Shown here: positions 32,833 to 42,970 of the stretch, piece after piece | How the letters are laid out: every line of letters begins with the position of its first letter | Position numbering within the stretch: position 1 is the stretch's first letter | From: an uncultured Pseudomonadota bacterium | GTDB lineage: Bacteria; Pseudomonadota; Alphaproteobacteria; JACZXZ01 | Assembly (NCBI GenBank): GCA_963749075.1 | Contig: CAVVLJ010000020.1 | Coordinates: 160,001 to 224,000, forward strand | Direction of reading: 5' to 3' | Length of the DNA: 64,000 nt | Notes under the pieces: generated by a model | What the model saw: only the letters and a program-made list of their open reading frames with translations | Database searches by the model: none | Told to the model about the DNA's origin: nothing | Position numbers and translations under genes: made by a program

Positions 32833-33402
32833 ATGACCATGGACGAGACCGTGAGCTTCACCCGCATGGCGGACGGCACGCGCGAGGAGTATGCCATGCT
32901 GGCGGAGAAGTCCGAGGCCTGCTACCGCGCGCTCCCCGGCAACGTCCTCGCCATGCTCGGCCACATGGGCGGCGACAAGCTCGGCTATCAGGTCGACCGC
33001 CTGCAGCATTCGCTGCAGACGGCGACGCGCGCCTTCCGCGACGGCGCCGACGAGGAGACGGTGACCGTGGCGCTCCTCCACGACATCGGCGACACCCTCG
33101 CACCGGAGAATCACGCAGCGCTCGCGGCGGCGGTGCTCAGGCCCTACGTCTCCGAGGCGAACCTCTGGGTGGTGCAGCACCACGGCATCTTCCAGGGCTA
33201 CTACTACTTCCACCACATCGGCGCCGACCGCGACGCGCGCGAGAAGTACCGCGGCCATCCGCACTTCAAGCGCTGCGCCGATTTCTGCGAGCGCTGGGAC
33301 CAGACCTCCTTCGACCCTGCCTACGACACCATGCCGCTCGCCGCCTTCGAGCCCATGGTGCGCCGGCTCTTCTCGCGCAAGGCTTACGAATACGGGAGCT
33401 GA
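32833..33402 (+). CDS. HD-domain protein, PhnZ/MIOX-like putative diiron oxygenase
   Basis: RLQHSLQTA, LLHDIGD, ENHA, QHHG, RWDQ ligand pattern. Confidence 0.8.
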   Translation: MTMDETVSFTRMADGTREEYAMLAEKSEACYRALPGNVLAMLGHMGGDKLGYQVDRLQHSLQTATRAFRDGADEETVTVALLHDIGDTLAPENHAALAAAVLRPYVSEANLWVVQHHGIFQGYYYFHHIGADRDAREKYRGHPHFKRCADFCERWDQTSFDPAYDTMPLAAFEPMVRRLFSRKAYEYGS

Positions 33403-33415
33403 GGCGGCGTCCGGC

Positions 33416-34081
33416 TCAGGCAGCGCCGCCCGCGATGCGCCGGGCGGTGCGCGCCTCGAGCGCGCGCACGGCGCGGCTCAGCGCCAGGCAGATCACGAAA
33501 TACATGACCGCAAGGCCGGTATAGAGCTCGATCGGGCGCTGCTCGCGCGCGTTGATGATGTTGGCCGAGTGGAACACCTCGGAGACGCCGATGATGCTCG
33601 CGATCGTCGAATCCTGGAACGCGATGATGGTCTGGGTCAAGAGCGACGGCATCATGCGGCCGAGCGCCTGGGGCAGCAGGACGAGGCGGAACACCTGGCT
33701 TTGCGTGAGGCCCGTCGAGAGTCCGGCGCGGCGCTGGGAGAGCGGGATCGACTGCAGGCCCGCGCGCACGATCTCGGTGAAATAGGCGACCTCGAAGGCC
33801 GCAAGTGCCGTGAGTGCAGCACCGTAGGCCGAGTTGGCATGGCCGGTGATCATGGGTCCCGTGTAATAGGCCCAGAACATGATCATGAGGAGCGGGCTGC
33901 TGCGCAGCACGTTCACGTAGGCCGTCACCGGGTAATAGATGAGCGGGCTCCGCGAGAGGCGGCCCGCCGCGAAGAGGCAGGCGATGGGGAGCGCCACCGC
34001 GATGGCGGCGAGCGTCATGCGCAGGTTGTAGTCGATAAGCGCGAGGAGGAGTGCTCCGACGTTGGCGACGAGGGTCGGCAT
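33416..34081 (-). CDS. Polar amino-acid ABC permease
   Basis: RSSPLLM, AYFTEIVRAG, LLPQA, FQDSTIAS. Confidence 0.9.
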   Translation of the reverse strand: MPTLVANVGALLLALIDYNLRMTLAAIAVALPIACLFAAGRLSRSPLIYYPVTAYVNVLRSSPLLMIMFWAYYTGPMITGHANSAYGAALTALAAFEVAYFTEIVRAGLQSIPLSQRRAGLSTGLTQSQVFRLVLLPQALGRMMPSLLTQTIIAFQDSTIASIIGVSEVFHSANIINAREQRPIELYTGLAVMYFVICLALSRAVRALEARTARRIAGGAA

Positions 34082-34800
34082 CAGCGCGCTGCCCCGCGGC
34101 TGAGGAGGCCCGGCACGCGCGTCTTCCGCTCGATCACGGCCATGAGGGCGGCGACCGCCCAGGCGCAGGCGAGATAGACCGCCGTCCCCAGCGTGTTGGC
34201 CTCGATCCAATGGAAGGTCTGGAAGCCGATCTCCTGGGTGAGGTAGGAGGTCTCGACCACGCCCACGGTCATGGCGAGCGACGAGCTCTTGAAGGTGGTG
34301 ACGAACTCGGAGGTGAGGCTCGGCACGATGATGCGGAAGAGGAGCGGGGCCACCACGTAGCGCTGCGTCTGCCACCAGCTGAGGCCGGTCGAGAGGGCGC
34401 TCCAGCGCAAGCCGCGGCCGACGGCATTGAGCCCGGCGCGCACATGCTCGGCGACCTTGGCCGAGGTATAGAGCGAGATGGTGAGGATGGCGCTGCCCAT
34501 CTCCCAGCCGAGGCGGAAGAGCTCCTGGCGCAGCTCCATCGGGAGGAGCCGCGGCAGCACGTAATAGGCGAAGAAGAGCTGCACCAGGAGCGGGATGTTG
34601 CGGAAGATCTCGACGTGGGCGGCGGCGAGGAAGCGCAACGCGCGGTGCGGCGATTCGCGCGCGAGGCCCGCGAGCGTGCCGATGACGAGCGCTGCCGCCC
34701 AGGAGGCGAGCGCCAGCTCGATGGTGACGAGGATGGCGTCAACGACCCAGGCGCCGTAGGGGGCGCGCCACAGCACCGACCAGTCGAGCTGCATCGGCAT
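34081..34800 (-). CDS. Polar amino-acid ABC permease
   Basis: FRNIPLLVQ, AEHVRAG, FKSSSL. Confidence 0.9.
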   Translation of the reverse strand: MPMQLDWSVLWRAPYGAWVVDAILVTIELALASWAAALVIGTLAGLARESPHRALRFLAAAHVEIFRNIPLLVQLFFAYYVLPRLLPMELRQELFRLGWEMGSAILTISLYTSAKVAEHVRAGLNAVGRGLRWSALSTGLSWWQTQRYVVAPLLFRIIVPSLTSEFVTTFKSSSLAMTVGVVETSYLTQEIGFQTFHWIEANTLGTAVYLACAWAVAALMAVIERKTRVPGLLSRGAAR

Positions 34801-34831
34801 CGCCGCGCCGCGGCCGCTCTCCCGGCGCGCG

Positions 34832-35764
34832 CTAGCGCGCCGGCCAGGCGTTCATCACGGCAAGCGCCCTGAGCGTGTCGGTCATGGGGAAGGGCGACAC
34901 GCCGTGCGGCCCGAAATACTTGTCGTAGAGCTTCTGCCAGGCGCCGCTCGCGAAGAGTCCGACGATGGTGAGGTCGACGACGCGCTTGAACTTCGAGCTC
35001 TCGGGGCGCAGCGGGAAGGCCTGGAGGAAGGTGTTGATGCCGGGGTCGAAGACGCGCCACTTGGCGGGATCGCTCGCCTTGTCCTTGAGGCCGTAGAGGA
35101 TCGGCCCGTCCGAGCTGTAGCCGTCGACCGAGCCGGTCTCGAGCGCGGTGAAGCCCTGCGGGTGGTCGGGAAAGCCGATGGTGGTCACCGGCGGCTTGAG
35201 GCGGCCCTGGTCGCCGAGCGCGCGGTAGGCCGCCTCCTCGAGCCCGCCGCGCGGCACGCCGATGCGCTTGCCCGCGAGATCGTCGAGCGACTTGAGCCGG
35301 CTCGCCGCCGGCACCAGGACGAGGGTCGAGGTGAGGAAGTCGGGCACCGAGAAGTCCACCACCTTGATGCGCGCCTGGGTCACCACGGTAGCACCTGCCT
35401 CCATGTCGATGGTGCCGTTCTCGAGGAGCGGGATGCGCGTCTCGCTCGTGACGGGGATGTAATTGAGCTTGATCGAGCCGCCGAGCTCCTTCTCCAGGCC
35501 GGCATGGATGGCCTGGGCAATCTCGGTCGCGAAGCCGACGTAGTTGCCGGCCGCGTCCTTGTAGCCGTAGGGCGGCGTCGCCTCGCGCGCACCGAGATTG
35601 AAGCTGCCGGTGCGCTTGATGCGGTCGAGGGTGTCCTCGACGCAAGCCGCGGCTCCTTGCGCCGCGGCCGTGCGGGGCAGCAGCGTGCCTATGCCGAACT
35701 CCTGCCGATAGTGCGAGCAGCCGGCGCCGGCCAACCGCCTGGAAATCGCGCGATTGCTTGGTCA
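34832..35764 (-). CDS. GltI-like amino-acid SBP, Tat signal; apparent +1 frameshift at about 35697
   Basis: MTKQSRDFQAVGRRRLLALSAG joins GIGTLLPRTAAAQ..TLDRIKRTG..VTSETRIPLL on removing one base at CGAAC. Confidence 0.85.
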
Positions 35765-35797
35765 TTTTCGCCTCCCGTTTCGCTGTTGTCGTCACGC

Positions 35798-36541
35798 TCA
35801 GCCGAGAATGCGCGCGAGGAATTGCTGCGTCCGCGCGTGGCTCGGGTGCTCGAAGAACTCGGCGGCTCCGGCACGCTCGAGAATGCGCCCGTCCGCCATG
35901 AAAAGCACGCGGTCCGCCACCTCGCGCGCGAAGCGCATCTCGTGGCTCACGATCAGCATGGTCATGCCGTCGCGCGCGAGATCGCGGATGGCCTGCAGCA
36001 CCTCGCCCACCATCTCGGGGTCGAGTGCCGAGGTCGGCTCGTCGAACATCATGAGCTTGGGCTCGAGGATGAGGGCGCGGCAGATGGCGACGCGCTGCTG
36101 CTGGCCGCCCGAGAGCTCGGCGGGATATTTGGCGCGCTGGTCGTAGACGCCGAAGCGCGCCAGGAGCGCATCCGCCCTCTCCTCCGCCTCGGCGCGCGTC
36201 CAGCCGAGCACCTTGATCGGCGCCAGCGTCAGGTTCCTCATGCAGCTCATGTGCGGGTAAAGGTCGAATTGCTGGAACACCATGCCGATGCGCGCGCGCA
36301 GGTGCGGCAGGTCGGGTGCATGGCGCACGCTCGTGCCGTCGACGATGACGTCGCCCTCGGCGAAATGCTCGAGCCCGTTGGTGCAGCGCAGGAGCGAGCT
36401 CTTGCCCGAGCCGCTCGGTCCGCAGATGACGATGCGCTCGCCCGCGAAGACGCGCTCGCTCACGTCGTCGAGCGCCCGGAAGCCCCCGTAGCTCAGGCCG
36501 AGGTGGCGGTACTCGAGAAGCGGCGCGGCGGCTTCCGCCAT
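35798..36541 (-). CDS. Polar amino-acid ABC ATPase (GlnQ family)
   Basis: GPSGSGKS, LSGGQQQRVAI, FDEPTSALDPE. Confidence 0.95.
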   Translation of the reverse strand: MAEAAAPLLEYRHLGLSYGGFRALDDVSERVFAGERIVICGPSGSGKSSLLRCTNGLEHFAEGDVIVDGTSVRHAPDLPHLRARIGMVFQQFDLYPHMSCMRNLTLAPIKVLGWTRAEAEERADALLARFGVYDQRAKYPAELSGGQQQRVAICRALILEPKLMMFDEPTSALDPEMVGEVLQAIRDLARDGMTMLIVSHEMRFAREVADRVLFMADGRILERAGAAEFFEHPSHARTQQFLARILG

Positions 36542-36556
36542 GGCTCCGTCCTACGC

Positions 36557-36716
36557 CCCGTGCTCACAATAATTGCGGCGAGCGTCACCCCCTCCCCACC
36601 CTCCCCCTTCAAGGGGGAGGGGGACTTTTGGCGCTGCGCCCAACACTTCCCCTCCCCCCTTGAGGGGGAGGGTTAGGGTGGGGGGTGTCCTACGCATCAA
36701 TGACTCCAGATATCAG
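36557..36716. repeat. Family B MITE-like element
   Basis: GTGCTC..GCGAGCGTCACCCCCTCCCC..GGGGGAGGG..GACTCCAGATATCAG. Confidence 0.85.
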
Positions 36717-37975
36717 GCGAAGCGGTCCGCACGGAACGGTGCCAGGTCGAGCGAAGGCTCCCGCCCGGCCACGAGCTCGGCGATGAGCTTTCCCGTCATG
36801 GGTCCGCCGGTCATGCCGACGTGGCCGTGGCCGAACGCATAATGCACGTCGCCCGAGCGGCGCGACGGCCCGATGACGGGAAGCGAATCGGGCAGGCTCG
36901 GCCGGTGGCCCATCCAGAGCGAGAGGCGCTCCTCGGCATGCTCGGCGGCAAGGCCCGGGAAGAGGCGCCGGCCTTGCCGGAGCAGCACGCGGGCGCGCCG
37001 CCAGTCGGGCGGTGCGGCGAGCCCGGCGAGCTCGACCGTGCCGGCGAAGCGCAGGCCCTCCTCCATGGGCGTCGCCACGAATTTGCCCGAGGCGTCGCTC
37101 ACGGGAAGGCGCGGGGCGCTCTCCGGGTCGCGGATCATGAGGTGATAGCCGCGCTCGGTCTCGAGCGGCACGCGGTTGCCGAGCTCGGCCGCGAGCGGCC
37201 TGGAATAGGCGCCGGCCGCCACCACCGCGGCGTCGGCGGGAAGCTCGCCCGCATCGGTGCGGATGGCGCGGAGCCGCCGCCCCTCGAGCACGAAGCCGAG
37301 TGCCTGGCAGCGCACGACCCTGCCGCCCCGGCGCTCGAAGGCTTGCGCGAGAGCGGCAACGAGGCGGCCGGGATTGGTGGTATGGCCGTTGGCGGGCACG
37401 TGGATGCCGCGCACGAACTCGCGTGCGAGGCTGGGCTCGAGCTGGCGCAGCTCCTCGGCGCCGAGCTCCTCGAAGGCGATGCCGTTCCGCCGGCGGAGCT
37501 CCCAGGCCGCGTCGTCCTTGGCGCGCTCGGCCGCCGAGCGGTAGACCACGAGGTGGCCCAGGCGGCGCACCAGATCCTCCGCCCCCGCCTCCTTGACGAG
37601 CGGCTGCAGCACCTCGAGGCAGGGGCCGAGGAGGCCGCGGAGTGCCTTGGCCTGGGCCTCGACGCGCTCTCGCGTGCCGGCGCGGACGAAGCGCACGAGC
37701 CAGGGTGCCAGCGCCGGCAGATAACTCCAGCGGATGGCGAGCGGCCCAAGCGGATCGCTCAGCCACTTCGGCACGTTGCGCAAGGTGCCCGGCATCGACA
37801 TGGGCACGATCGAGGAGGGATTGAAGCAGCCCGCATTGCCGAAGGAGGCGCCCTCGCCGGGCGGCTTCGGGTCGATGACGAAGACCTCGTGACCGTCGCG
37901 TTGCAGGTAGCTCGCCGCGGCAATGCCCACCATGCCCGCGCCGATCACCCCGACCTTCTTCTTCTCCGCCGCCAT
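36713..37975 (-). CDS. FAD-dependent D-amino acid dehydrogenase (DadA/DAO family)
   Basis: VIGAGMVG, ASFGNAG, ERGYH, WMGHRPSLPDSLPVIG, FGHGHVG. Confidence 0.92.
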   Translation of the reverse strand: MAAEKKKVGVIGAGMVGIAAASYLQRDGHEVFVIDPKPPGEGASFGNAGCFNPSSIVPMSMPGTLRNVPKWLSDPLGPLAIRWSYLPALAPWLVRFVRAGTRERVEAQAKALRGLLGPCLEVLQPLVKEAGAEDLVRRLGHLVVYRSAAERAKDDAAWELRRRNGIAFEELGAEELRQLEPSLAREFVRGIHVPANGHTTNPGRLVAALAQAFERRGGRVVRCQALGFVLEGRRLRAIRTDAGELPADAAVVAAGAYSRPLAAELGNRVPLETERGYHLMIRDPESAPRLPVSDASGKFVATPMEEGLRFAGTVELAGLAAPPDWRRARVLLRQGRRLFPGLAAEHAEERLSLWMGHRPSLPDSLPVIGPSRRSGDVHYAFGHGHVGMTGGPMTGKLIAELVAGREPSLDLAPFRADRFA

Positions 37976-38059
37976 CGTCCCCGCCGCCTTGCTTGAGCGT
38001 TATACCAAAGCCCGCAGCGAGACTATATGCTTTGCGCGGCCGGAAATGGAGGTGCCGCG

Positions 38060-38956
38060 ATGAAGGGAATCGACGTGGGCTCGATGAGCCTCACGAGCGT
38101 CGTCGAGATCGAGCGCATCGTCATCGATCTCGCCTGGATGTTCCCGGAGGCGCCCGCCGACTGGATCGAGGAGAACATCGACTGGCTCGACGCGCGGCTC
38201 CTGGCCCCGGGTGCCGGCAAGATCGTCATCGCCATGCAGAGCTTCGTCATCCGCGCAGGCAAGCGCACCATCCTCGTCGACACCTGCATCGGCAACCACA
38301 AGGAGCGCCCGACGCTTCCCTGGATGCACCGGCTCGAGACGCCCTACCTCGAGAACCTGGCTGCTGCTGGCGTGCGGCCGGAGGAGGTGGATGTCGTGCT
38401 CTGCACCCATCTCCATGCCGATCACGTGGGCTGGAACACGCGCCTCTCGGGCGGGCGCTGGGTCCCCACCTTCCCCAACGCGCGCTACGTCATCGCCCGC
38501 GCCGAGTTCGACGAGTTCATGCGCCAGCACAACGCGAAGCCCGAGGTGCCGGTCGCGCGCGGCGCATTCCAGGATAGCGTGCTGCCGGTGGTCGAGGCCG
38601 GCCAAGCCGATTTCGTCGCGGCGGACCACGCGGTCGAGCGCGATCTCGACCACGGCATCTGGCTCGAGCCGACGCCCGGCCATACGCTCGGCCACGTGGC
38701 CGTGCATGTGAAGGGTGCCAAGGGCCATGCGCTCCTCACGGGCGATGCCATCCACCATCCCATCCAGTTCTCCGGCCTCGACGTGCGCATGGCGACGGAC
38801 GCGGACCGCGCCCAGGCGGCGGCCACGCGCCGGCGCCTCGCCGAGACCTACGCCGAGAGCGACACGCTCCTCGTCCCGGCGCACTTCCCCGACCCTACCG
38901 CCGGCCGCGTCGTCCGCCGCGGCAAGCACTTCGGCTTCCGCTGGCTCGAGAGCTGA
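38060..38956 (+). CDS. MBL-fold metallo-hydrolase (AHL-lactonase-like)
   Basis: THLHADHVGWN, TPGHTLGH, GDAIHH, PAHF. Confidence 0.92.
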   Translation: MKGIDVGSMSLTSVVEIERIVIDLAWMFPEAPADWIEENIDWLDARLLAPGAGKIVIAMQSFVIRAGKRTILVDTCIGNHKERPTLPWMHRLETPYLENLAAAGVRPEEVDVVLCTHLHADHVGWNTRLSGGRWVPTFPNARYVIARAEFDEFMRQHNAKPEVPVARGAFQDSVLPVVEAGQADFVAADHAVERDLDHGIWLEPTPGHTLGHVAVHVKGAKGHALLTGDAIHHPIQFSGLDVRMATDADRAQAAATRRRLAETYAESDTLLVPAHFPDPTAGRVVRRGKHFGFRWLES

Positions 38957-38967
38957 CGAGCGGGCGT

Positions 38968-39056
38968 TCCCTCACCCGGCTCGCTACGCTCGCCACCCTC
39001 TCCCGCATGCGGGAGAGGGAAGGGGCCCATCCCGAAGGGATGGGAAGGGTGAGGGA
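38968..39056. repeat. Family A palindromic element between convergent genes
   Basis: Near-identical to 58520-58608. Confidence 0.9.
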
Positions 39057-39063
39057 CCCCTCG

Positions 39064-39915
39064 CTACTCCAATTCTATCAGCACCGGCTGGTGATCGGAG
39101 GCCGGCGTCTCGACGTCGACCGCGACCTCGCGCACGCGAGGGGCGAGGTCCTCCGTCACGAAGACGAAGTCGCGGCAATGGGCGCCTTGCGGCCATTGCG
39201 CGGCGTCGTGGATGCCGCAGGTGGGCGCATGGGGCACGGCAGAATGGGCGAGCGGCCAGGCGTCGCGGAAGGCCGGCACGCCGTCCGCGAAGCCGGCGAG
39301 CATGCGGCCATAGGCGGGCTCGCTCGTCTCGCAATTGAAGTCGCCGCAGACGAGGGCGCTCGCCGGGCGCGCCACGGTGCGGTAGGTGCCCTGGCTCAGG
39401 TCGGGCTTGTCGGGATGGAGGGCGCGCAGGGCCGCCTCGGCGTGGAGCTCGCGCAGCCGCTCGATCTGCGCCGCGCGGTGGGCCACGGAATAGAATTCGA
39501 GATGGGTGGTCAGCACGCGAAGCGGGCCGAAAGAGGTCTCGATCACCGCCTCGAGCGCCTGGCGCTGCATGCTGCGCCGGCCGGCCTCGGCCGGGCGCGG
39601 CAGCAGATGGGAGAGCGCCTGCAGGACGGGAAGGCGCGAGAGCACCATGTTGCCGAACTGGCGGCGGCGCCCGTCGGCTGCGGCGAAATCGATGGCCGGC
39701 CGGAAGATGGGCGCGTGATCCGGCAGCAGGCCGGCGAGGATAGCCGGCTGGTCGGCACCCTCGCCGTTGTCGGCCGCGGGGAAGTTGACAGCGATCTCCT
39801 GCAGGCAGAGCACGTCCGCTTGGCCGAGCGCACGCGCCGTCTCGACGATGCGGCGCAAGTCGACGATGCCGTCGCAGCCCTTGCCGCATTGGATGTTCCA
39901 GGTGATGAGCTTCAC
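39064..39915 (-). CDS. Endonuclease/exonuclease/phosphatase (EEP) family protein
   Basis: ITWNIQ, LCLQE, TTHLE, CGDFN, SDHQP. Confidence 0.92.
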   Translation of the reverse strand: MKLITWNIQCGKGCDGIVDLRRIVETARALGQADVLCLQEIAVNFPAADNGEGADQPAILAGLLPDHAPIFRPAIDFAAADGRRRQFGNMVLSRLPVLQALSHLLPRPAEAGRRSMQRQALEAVIETSFGPLRVLTTHLEFYSVAHRAAQIERLRELHAEAALRALHPDKPDLSQGTYRTVARPASALVCGDFNCETSEPAYGRMLAGFADGVPAFRDAWPLAHSAVPHAPTCGIHDAAQWPQGAHCRDFVFVTEDLAPRVREVAVDVETPASDHQPVLIELE

Positions 39916-39941
39916 TGCTTTGCGCCCCTCTTGCCGCGCCG

Positions 39942-41774
39942 TCAGCTTACAATACGCTGCCGCTTGCGGCCCGCCTCATAGGCGGCGCGCGCGGCGGCGA
40001 CCGCGGGGCGGCGCGAGGTCTCGGGCACCGGCACGTCCCACCAGGCGCCGCCCGCGGCCGTGCTCGCGGCGGGATCGGTCGCGATGACGATGACCATCGT
40101 GCGCGGCGCCGCCTTCGCCTCGGCGAGTGCGCTCTCGAGCTCGGCGATGCTCGCCACTTTCCGTGAAAGGGCGCCGAGGCTTGCGGCATGGGCCGCGAAA
40201 TCGACGCCGCTGCCGCCAGGAAAGAGATTGTTGAAGCCCTCGTCGCCGACGCTCGCTTGCAGGCGCTCGATGCAGCCGAAGCCGCCGTTGTCGAGCAGCA
40301 CGATGATGAGTTTCCGCCCCATCTTGACCGAGGTGGCGATCTCGGAGTTCATCATGAGATAGGAGCCGTCGCCGACCAGCACATAGACCTCGTGCTCGGG
40401 TGCCGCCATCTTGGCGCCGAGCCCGCCGGCGATCTCGTAGCCCATGCAGGAATAGCCGTACTCCACGTGATAGCTGCCGGCGCTGCGGCAGCGCCAGAGC
40501 TTGTGGAGCTCGCCTGGAAGGCCGCCCGCGGCGCCCACCACCAGGTCCGCGGGACCGGCGGCGCGGTTGACGGCGCCGAGCACCTGGGCGTCGCTCGGCA
40601 GCGGCGCGTTCGTGGCCGCGGTCGCCCGCGCTACCGCCGCGTTCCACGCGTCCGCGCGCTTCCTCGCCTTCTTGGTCCAGCCGGCGGGCGCGCGCCAGTC
40701 GCCGAGGCTTGCCGAGAGCGCCTCGAGCCCCTCGCGCGCATCCGAGACGAGCGGCAGGGCGCCGTGCTTCGCCGCATCGTAAGCCGCGGCATTGAGCTGG
40801 ACGAGCGTGGCGGCGGGGTTTTGGAAGAGGCTGCGCGAGGCCGTCGTGAAATCGGTGAGGCGCGTGCCGCAGGCGAGCACCAAGTCCGCCTCGGCGGCGA
40901 GCGCGTTGGCGGCCGTGCCGCCGGTGACGCCTATGGCACCCACGGAAGCGGCATGGTCCCAGGCAAGCGCCCCCTTGCCGGCCTGGGTCTCCGCCACGGG
41001 AACGCCGTGGCGCTCGGCGAATTTTGCCAGCGTGCCGCAGGCGAGCGCGTCATGCACGCCGCCGCCCGCGATGACGAGCGGCCGCCGCGCGCAGCGCACT
41101 GCCGCCGCCGCTTGGGCGAGCTCGCCCGCGTCCGGCGGCGGGCGGCGCGGGCGCCAGACGCGCTGCCGGAAGAACGGCTCCGGGTAGTCCCAGGCCTCGG
41201 CCTGCACGTCCTGCGGCAGCGCCAGGGTGACCGGGCCGCAGTCCGCCGGGTCGCTGAGGACGCGCATCGCCTGGGGCAGGCTCTCGAGGAGCTGCTCGGG
41301 CCTGAGGATGCGGTCCCACCAGCGCGACACCGGGCGGAAGCAGTCGTTGACCGAGACCGTGGGGTCGCCGAAACCCTCGATCTGCTGCAGCACCGGGTCC
41401 GGGCGCCGGCTCGCAAAGACGTCGCCGGGAAGGAGCAGCACCGGCAGGCGGTTGGCGTGGGCGAGGGCCGCCGCCGTCACCATGTTGGTAGCACCCGGCC
41501 CGATCGAGCTGGTGCAGGCCATCGCCCGGCGCCTGGCACTCGCCTTGGCGAAGGCGATCGCAGCAATGGCCATCGCCTGCTCGTTGTGGGCGCGGAAGGT
41601 CGGGAGCTCTCTCCGCGCGGCGTGGAGGGCGGTGCCCAGGCCCGCCACGTTGCCGTGGCCGAAGATCGCGAAGACGCCGGCGAAATAGGGCACCGACCTC
41701 CCGTCCATCTCGCTCCGCTGCGCTGCGATAAAGCGCACCAGCGCCTCAGCCATGGTGAGACGGACCGTGCGCAT
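39942..41774 (-). CDS. iolD: 3D-(3,5/4)-trihydroxycyclohexane-1,2-dione acylhydrolase
   Basis: RLTMAEAL, AIFGHGNVAG, HNEQAM, SIGPGATN, DPVLQQIE, HVEYGYSCMGYE, GDGSYLM, AWWDVPV. Confidence 0.96.
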   Translation of the reverse strand: MRTVRLTMAEALVRFIAAQRSEMDGRSVPYFAGVFAIFGHGNVAGLGTALHAARRELPTFRAHNEQAMAIAAIAFAKASARRRAMACTSSIGPGATNMVTAAALAHANRLPVLLLPGDVFASRRPDPVLQQIEGFGDPTVSVNDCFRPVSRWWDRILRPEQLLESLPQAMRVLSDPADCGPVTLALPQDVQAEAWDYPEPFFRQRVWRPRRPPPDAGELAQAAAAVRCARRPLVIAGGGVHDALACGTLAKFAERHGVPVAETQAGKGALAWDHAASVGAIGVTGGTAANALAAEADLVLACGTRLTDFTTASRSLFQNPAATLVQLNAAAYDAAKHGALPLVSDAREGLEALSASLGDWRAPAGWTKKARKRADAWNAAVARATAATNAPLPSDAQVLGAVNRAAGPADLVVGAAGGLPGELHKLWRCRSAGSYHVEYGYSCMGYEIAGGLGAKMAAPEHEVYVLVGDGSYLMMNSEIATSVKMGRKLIIVLLDNGGFGCIERLQASVGDEGFNNLFPGGSGVDFAAHAASLGALSRKVASIAELESALAEAKAAPRTMVIVIATDPAASTAAGGAWWDVPVPETSRRPAVAAARAAYEAGRKRQRIVS

Positions 41775-41819
41775 TCCTTGCCCTCCCCGCCCTATTGTTG
41801 TCTCTTCAATCCGCGCAAG

Positions 41820-41939
41820 CTCATCCTTCGAGACGCGATCCTGCGGATCGCTCCTCAGGATGAGGACCCGGATGTGGGTGTTTCGCCTCATCCTGAGGAG
41901 CAACCCGAGAGGGTTGCGTCTCGAAGGATGAGGCGAAAC
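41820..41939. repeat. Family C palindromic doublet in the iolD/iolG divergent region
   Basis: CTCATCCTTCGAGACG..CTCCTCAGGATGAGG..CCTCATCCTGAGGAG..CGTCTCGAAGGATGAG. Confidence 0.9.
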
Positions 41940-41983
41940 CGGCCACCTCCGGTTCTTATCGAACTATAGCGGATGAGCCGGCC

Positions 41984-42970
41984 ATGATCAGCTTCTGCCT
42001 CTTCGGCGCCGGGCGCATCGGCGCCATCCACGCGGAGAACATCCGGCACCACCGGGAGGCACGGCTCCATACGGTGGTCGACGTGAATGGCGCCGCGGCC
42101 GCAGCACTTGCGGACCGCTACGGCGCCGCTGTCGGCACGCGCGAGGCAGCACTCGCCGACCCGGCGGTCGATGCCGTGCTCATCGCGAGCTCGACCGACA
42201 CGCACGCCGAGCTCGTCGAGGCGGCCTCTCGGGCGGGGAAGGCGATCTTCTGCGAGAAGCCGCTCGACCTCGACCGTGGCCGCGCCGCCGCTGCGGCCGC
42301 GGCCGCGGAACGCGCGGGCGTGCCCCTCATGCTCGGCTTCAACCGGCGCTTCGATCCCACCTTCGCGCGGCTCGAGCGCCAGCTCCGCTGTGGCCGCATC
42401 GGCCGGCTCGAGCTCCTCGCCATCACCAGCCGCGATCCCGCACCGCCGCCCATCGACTATGTGCGCGTCTCGGGCGGCCTCTTCCGCGACATGATGATCC
42501 ACGATTTCGACATGGCGCGCTGGCTCCTGGGCGAGGAGCCGGTCGAGGTCTTCGCCGCGGCGAGCGCCCTCATCGACCCGGCGATCGCCGCGGCGGGCGA
42601 CGTGGACACGGCACTCGTGACGCTCAGGACCGCCTCGGGCACGCTCTGCCAGATCTCCAACAGCCGGCGCGCCTCTTACGGCTACGACCAGCGCATCGAG
42701 GCGCACGGCGCCAAGGGGGCGCTCGCCGCAGGCAACGTGGCCGAGGGCACGCTCGCCTTCGCGAGCGCCGACGGCATCGTCGGCGACAAGCCGCTCCACT
42801 TCTTCCTCGAGCGCTATGCCGAGGCCTACCGCCGCGAGCTCGCTCACTTCGTGGCCGCCCTCGCGAGCGGCACCAGGCCGATGGTGGGCGGCTCGGACGG
42901 CGTGAAGGCGCTGGCGCTTGCCGAGGCGGCGCTCGCCTCGCTCGCGAGCGGACGCGCCGAGCGGCCGTGA
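41984..42970 (+). CDS. iolG: myo-Inositol 2-dehydrogenase
   Basis: GAGRIG, CEKP, GFNRRFDP, TSRDP, SGGLFRDMMIHDFD, YGYDQRIE. Confidence 0.93.
   Translation: MISFCLFGAGRIGAIHAENIRHHREARLHTVVDVNGAAAAALADRYGAAVGTREAALADPAVDAVLIASSTDTHAELVEAASRAGKAIFCEKPLDLDRGRAAAAAAAAERAGVPLMLGFNRRFDPTFARLERQLRCGRIGRLELLAITSRDPAPPPIDYVRVSGGLFRDMMIHDFDMARWLLGEEPVEVFAAASALIDPAIAAAGDVDTALVTLRTASGTLCQISNSRRASYGYDQRIEAHGAKGALAAGNVAEGTLAFASADGIVGDKPLHFFLERYAEAYRRELAHFVAALASGTRPMVGGSDGVKALALAEAALASLASGRAERP

Noticed and set aside
41775-41903. N-terminal extension of IolD (..LILRSDPQDRVSKDE..)
   Set aside because: Open frame through a family-C repeat; the canonical MRTVRLTMAEAL start with an SD lies at 41774
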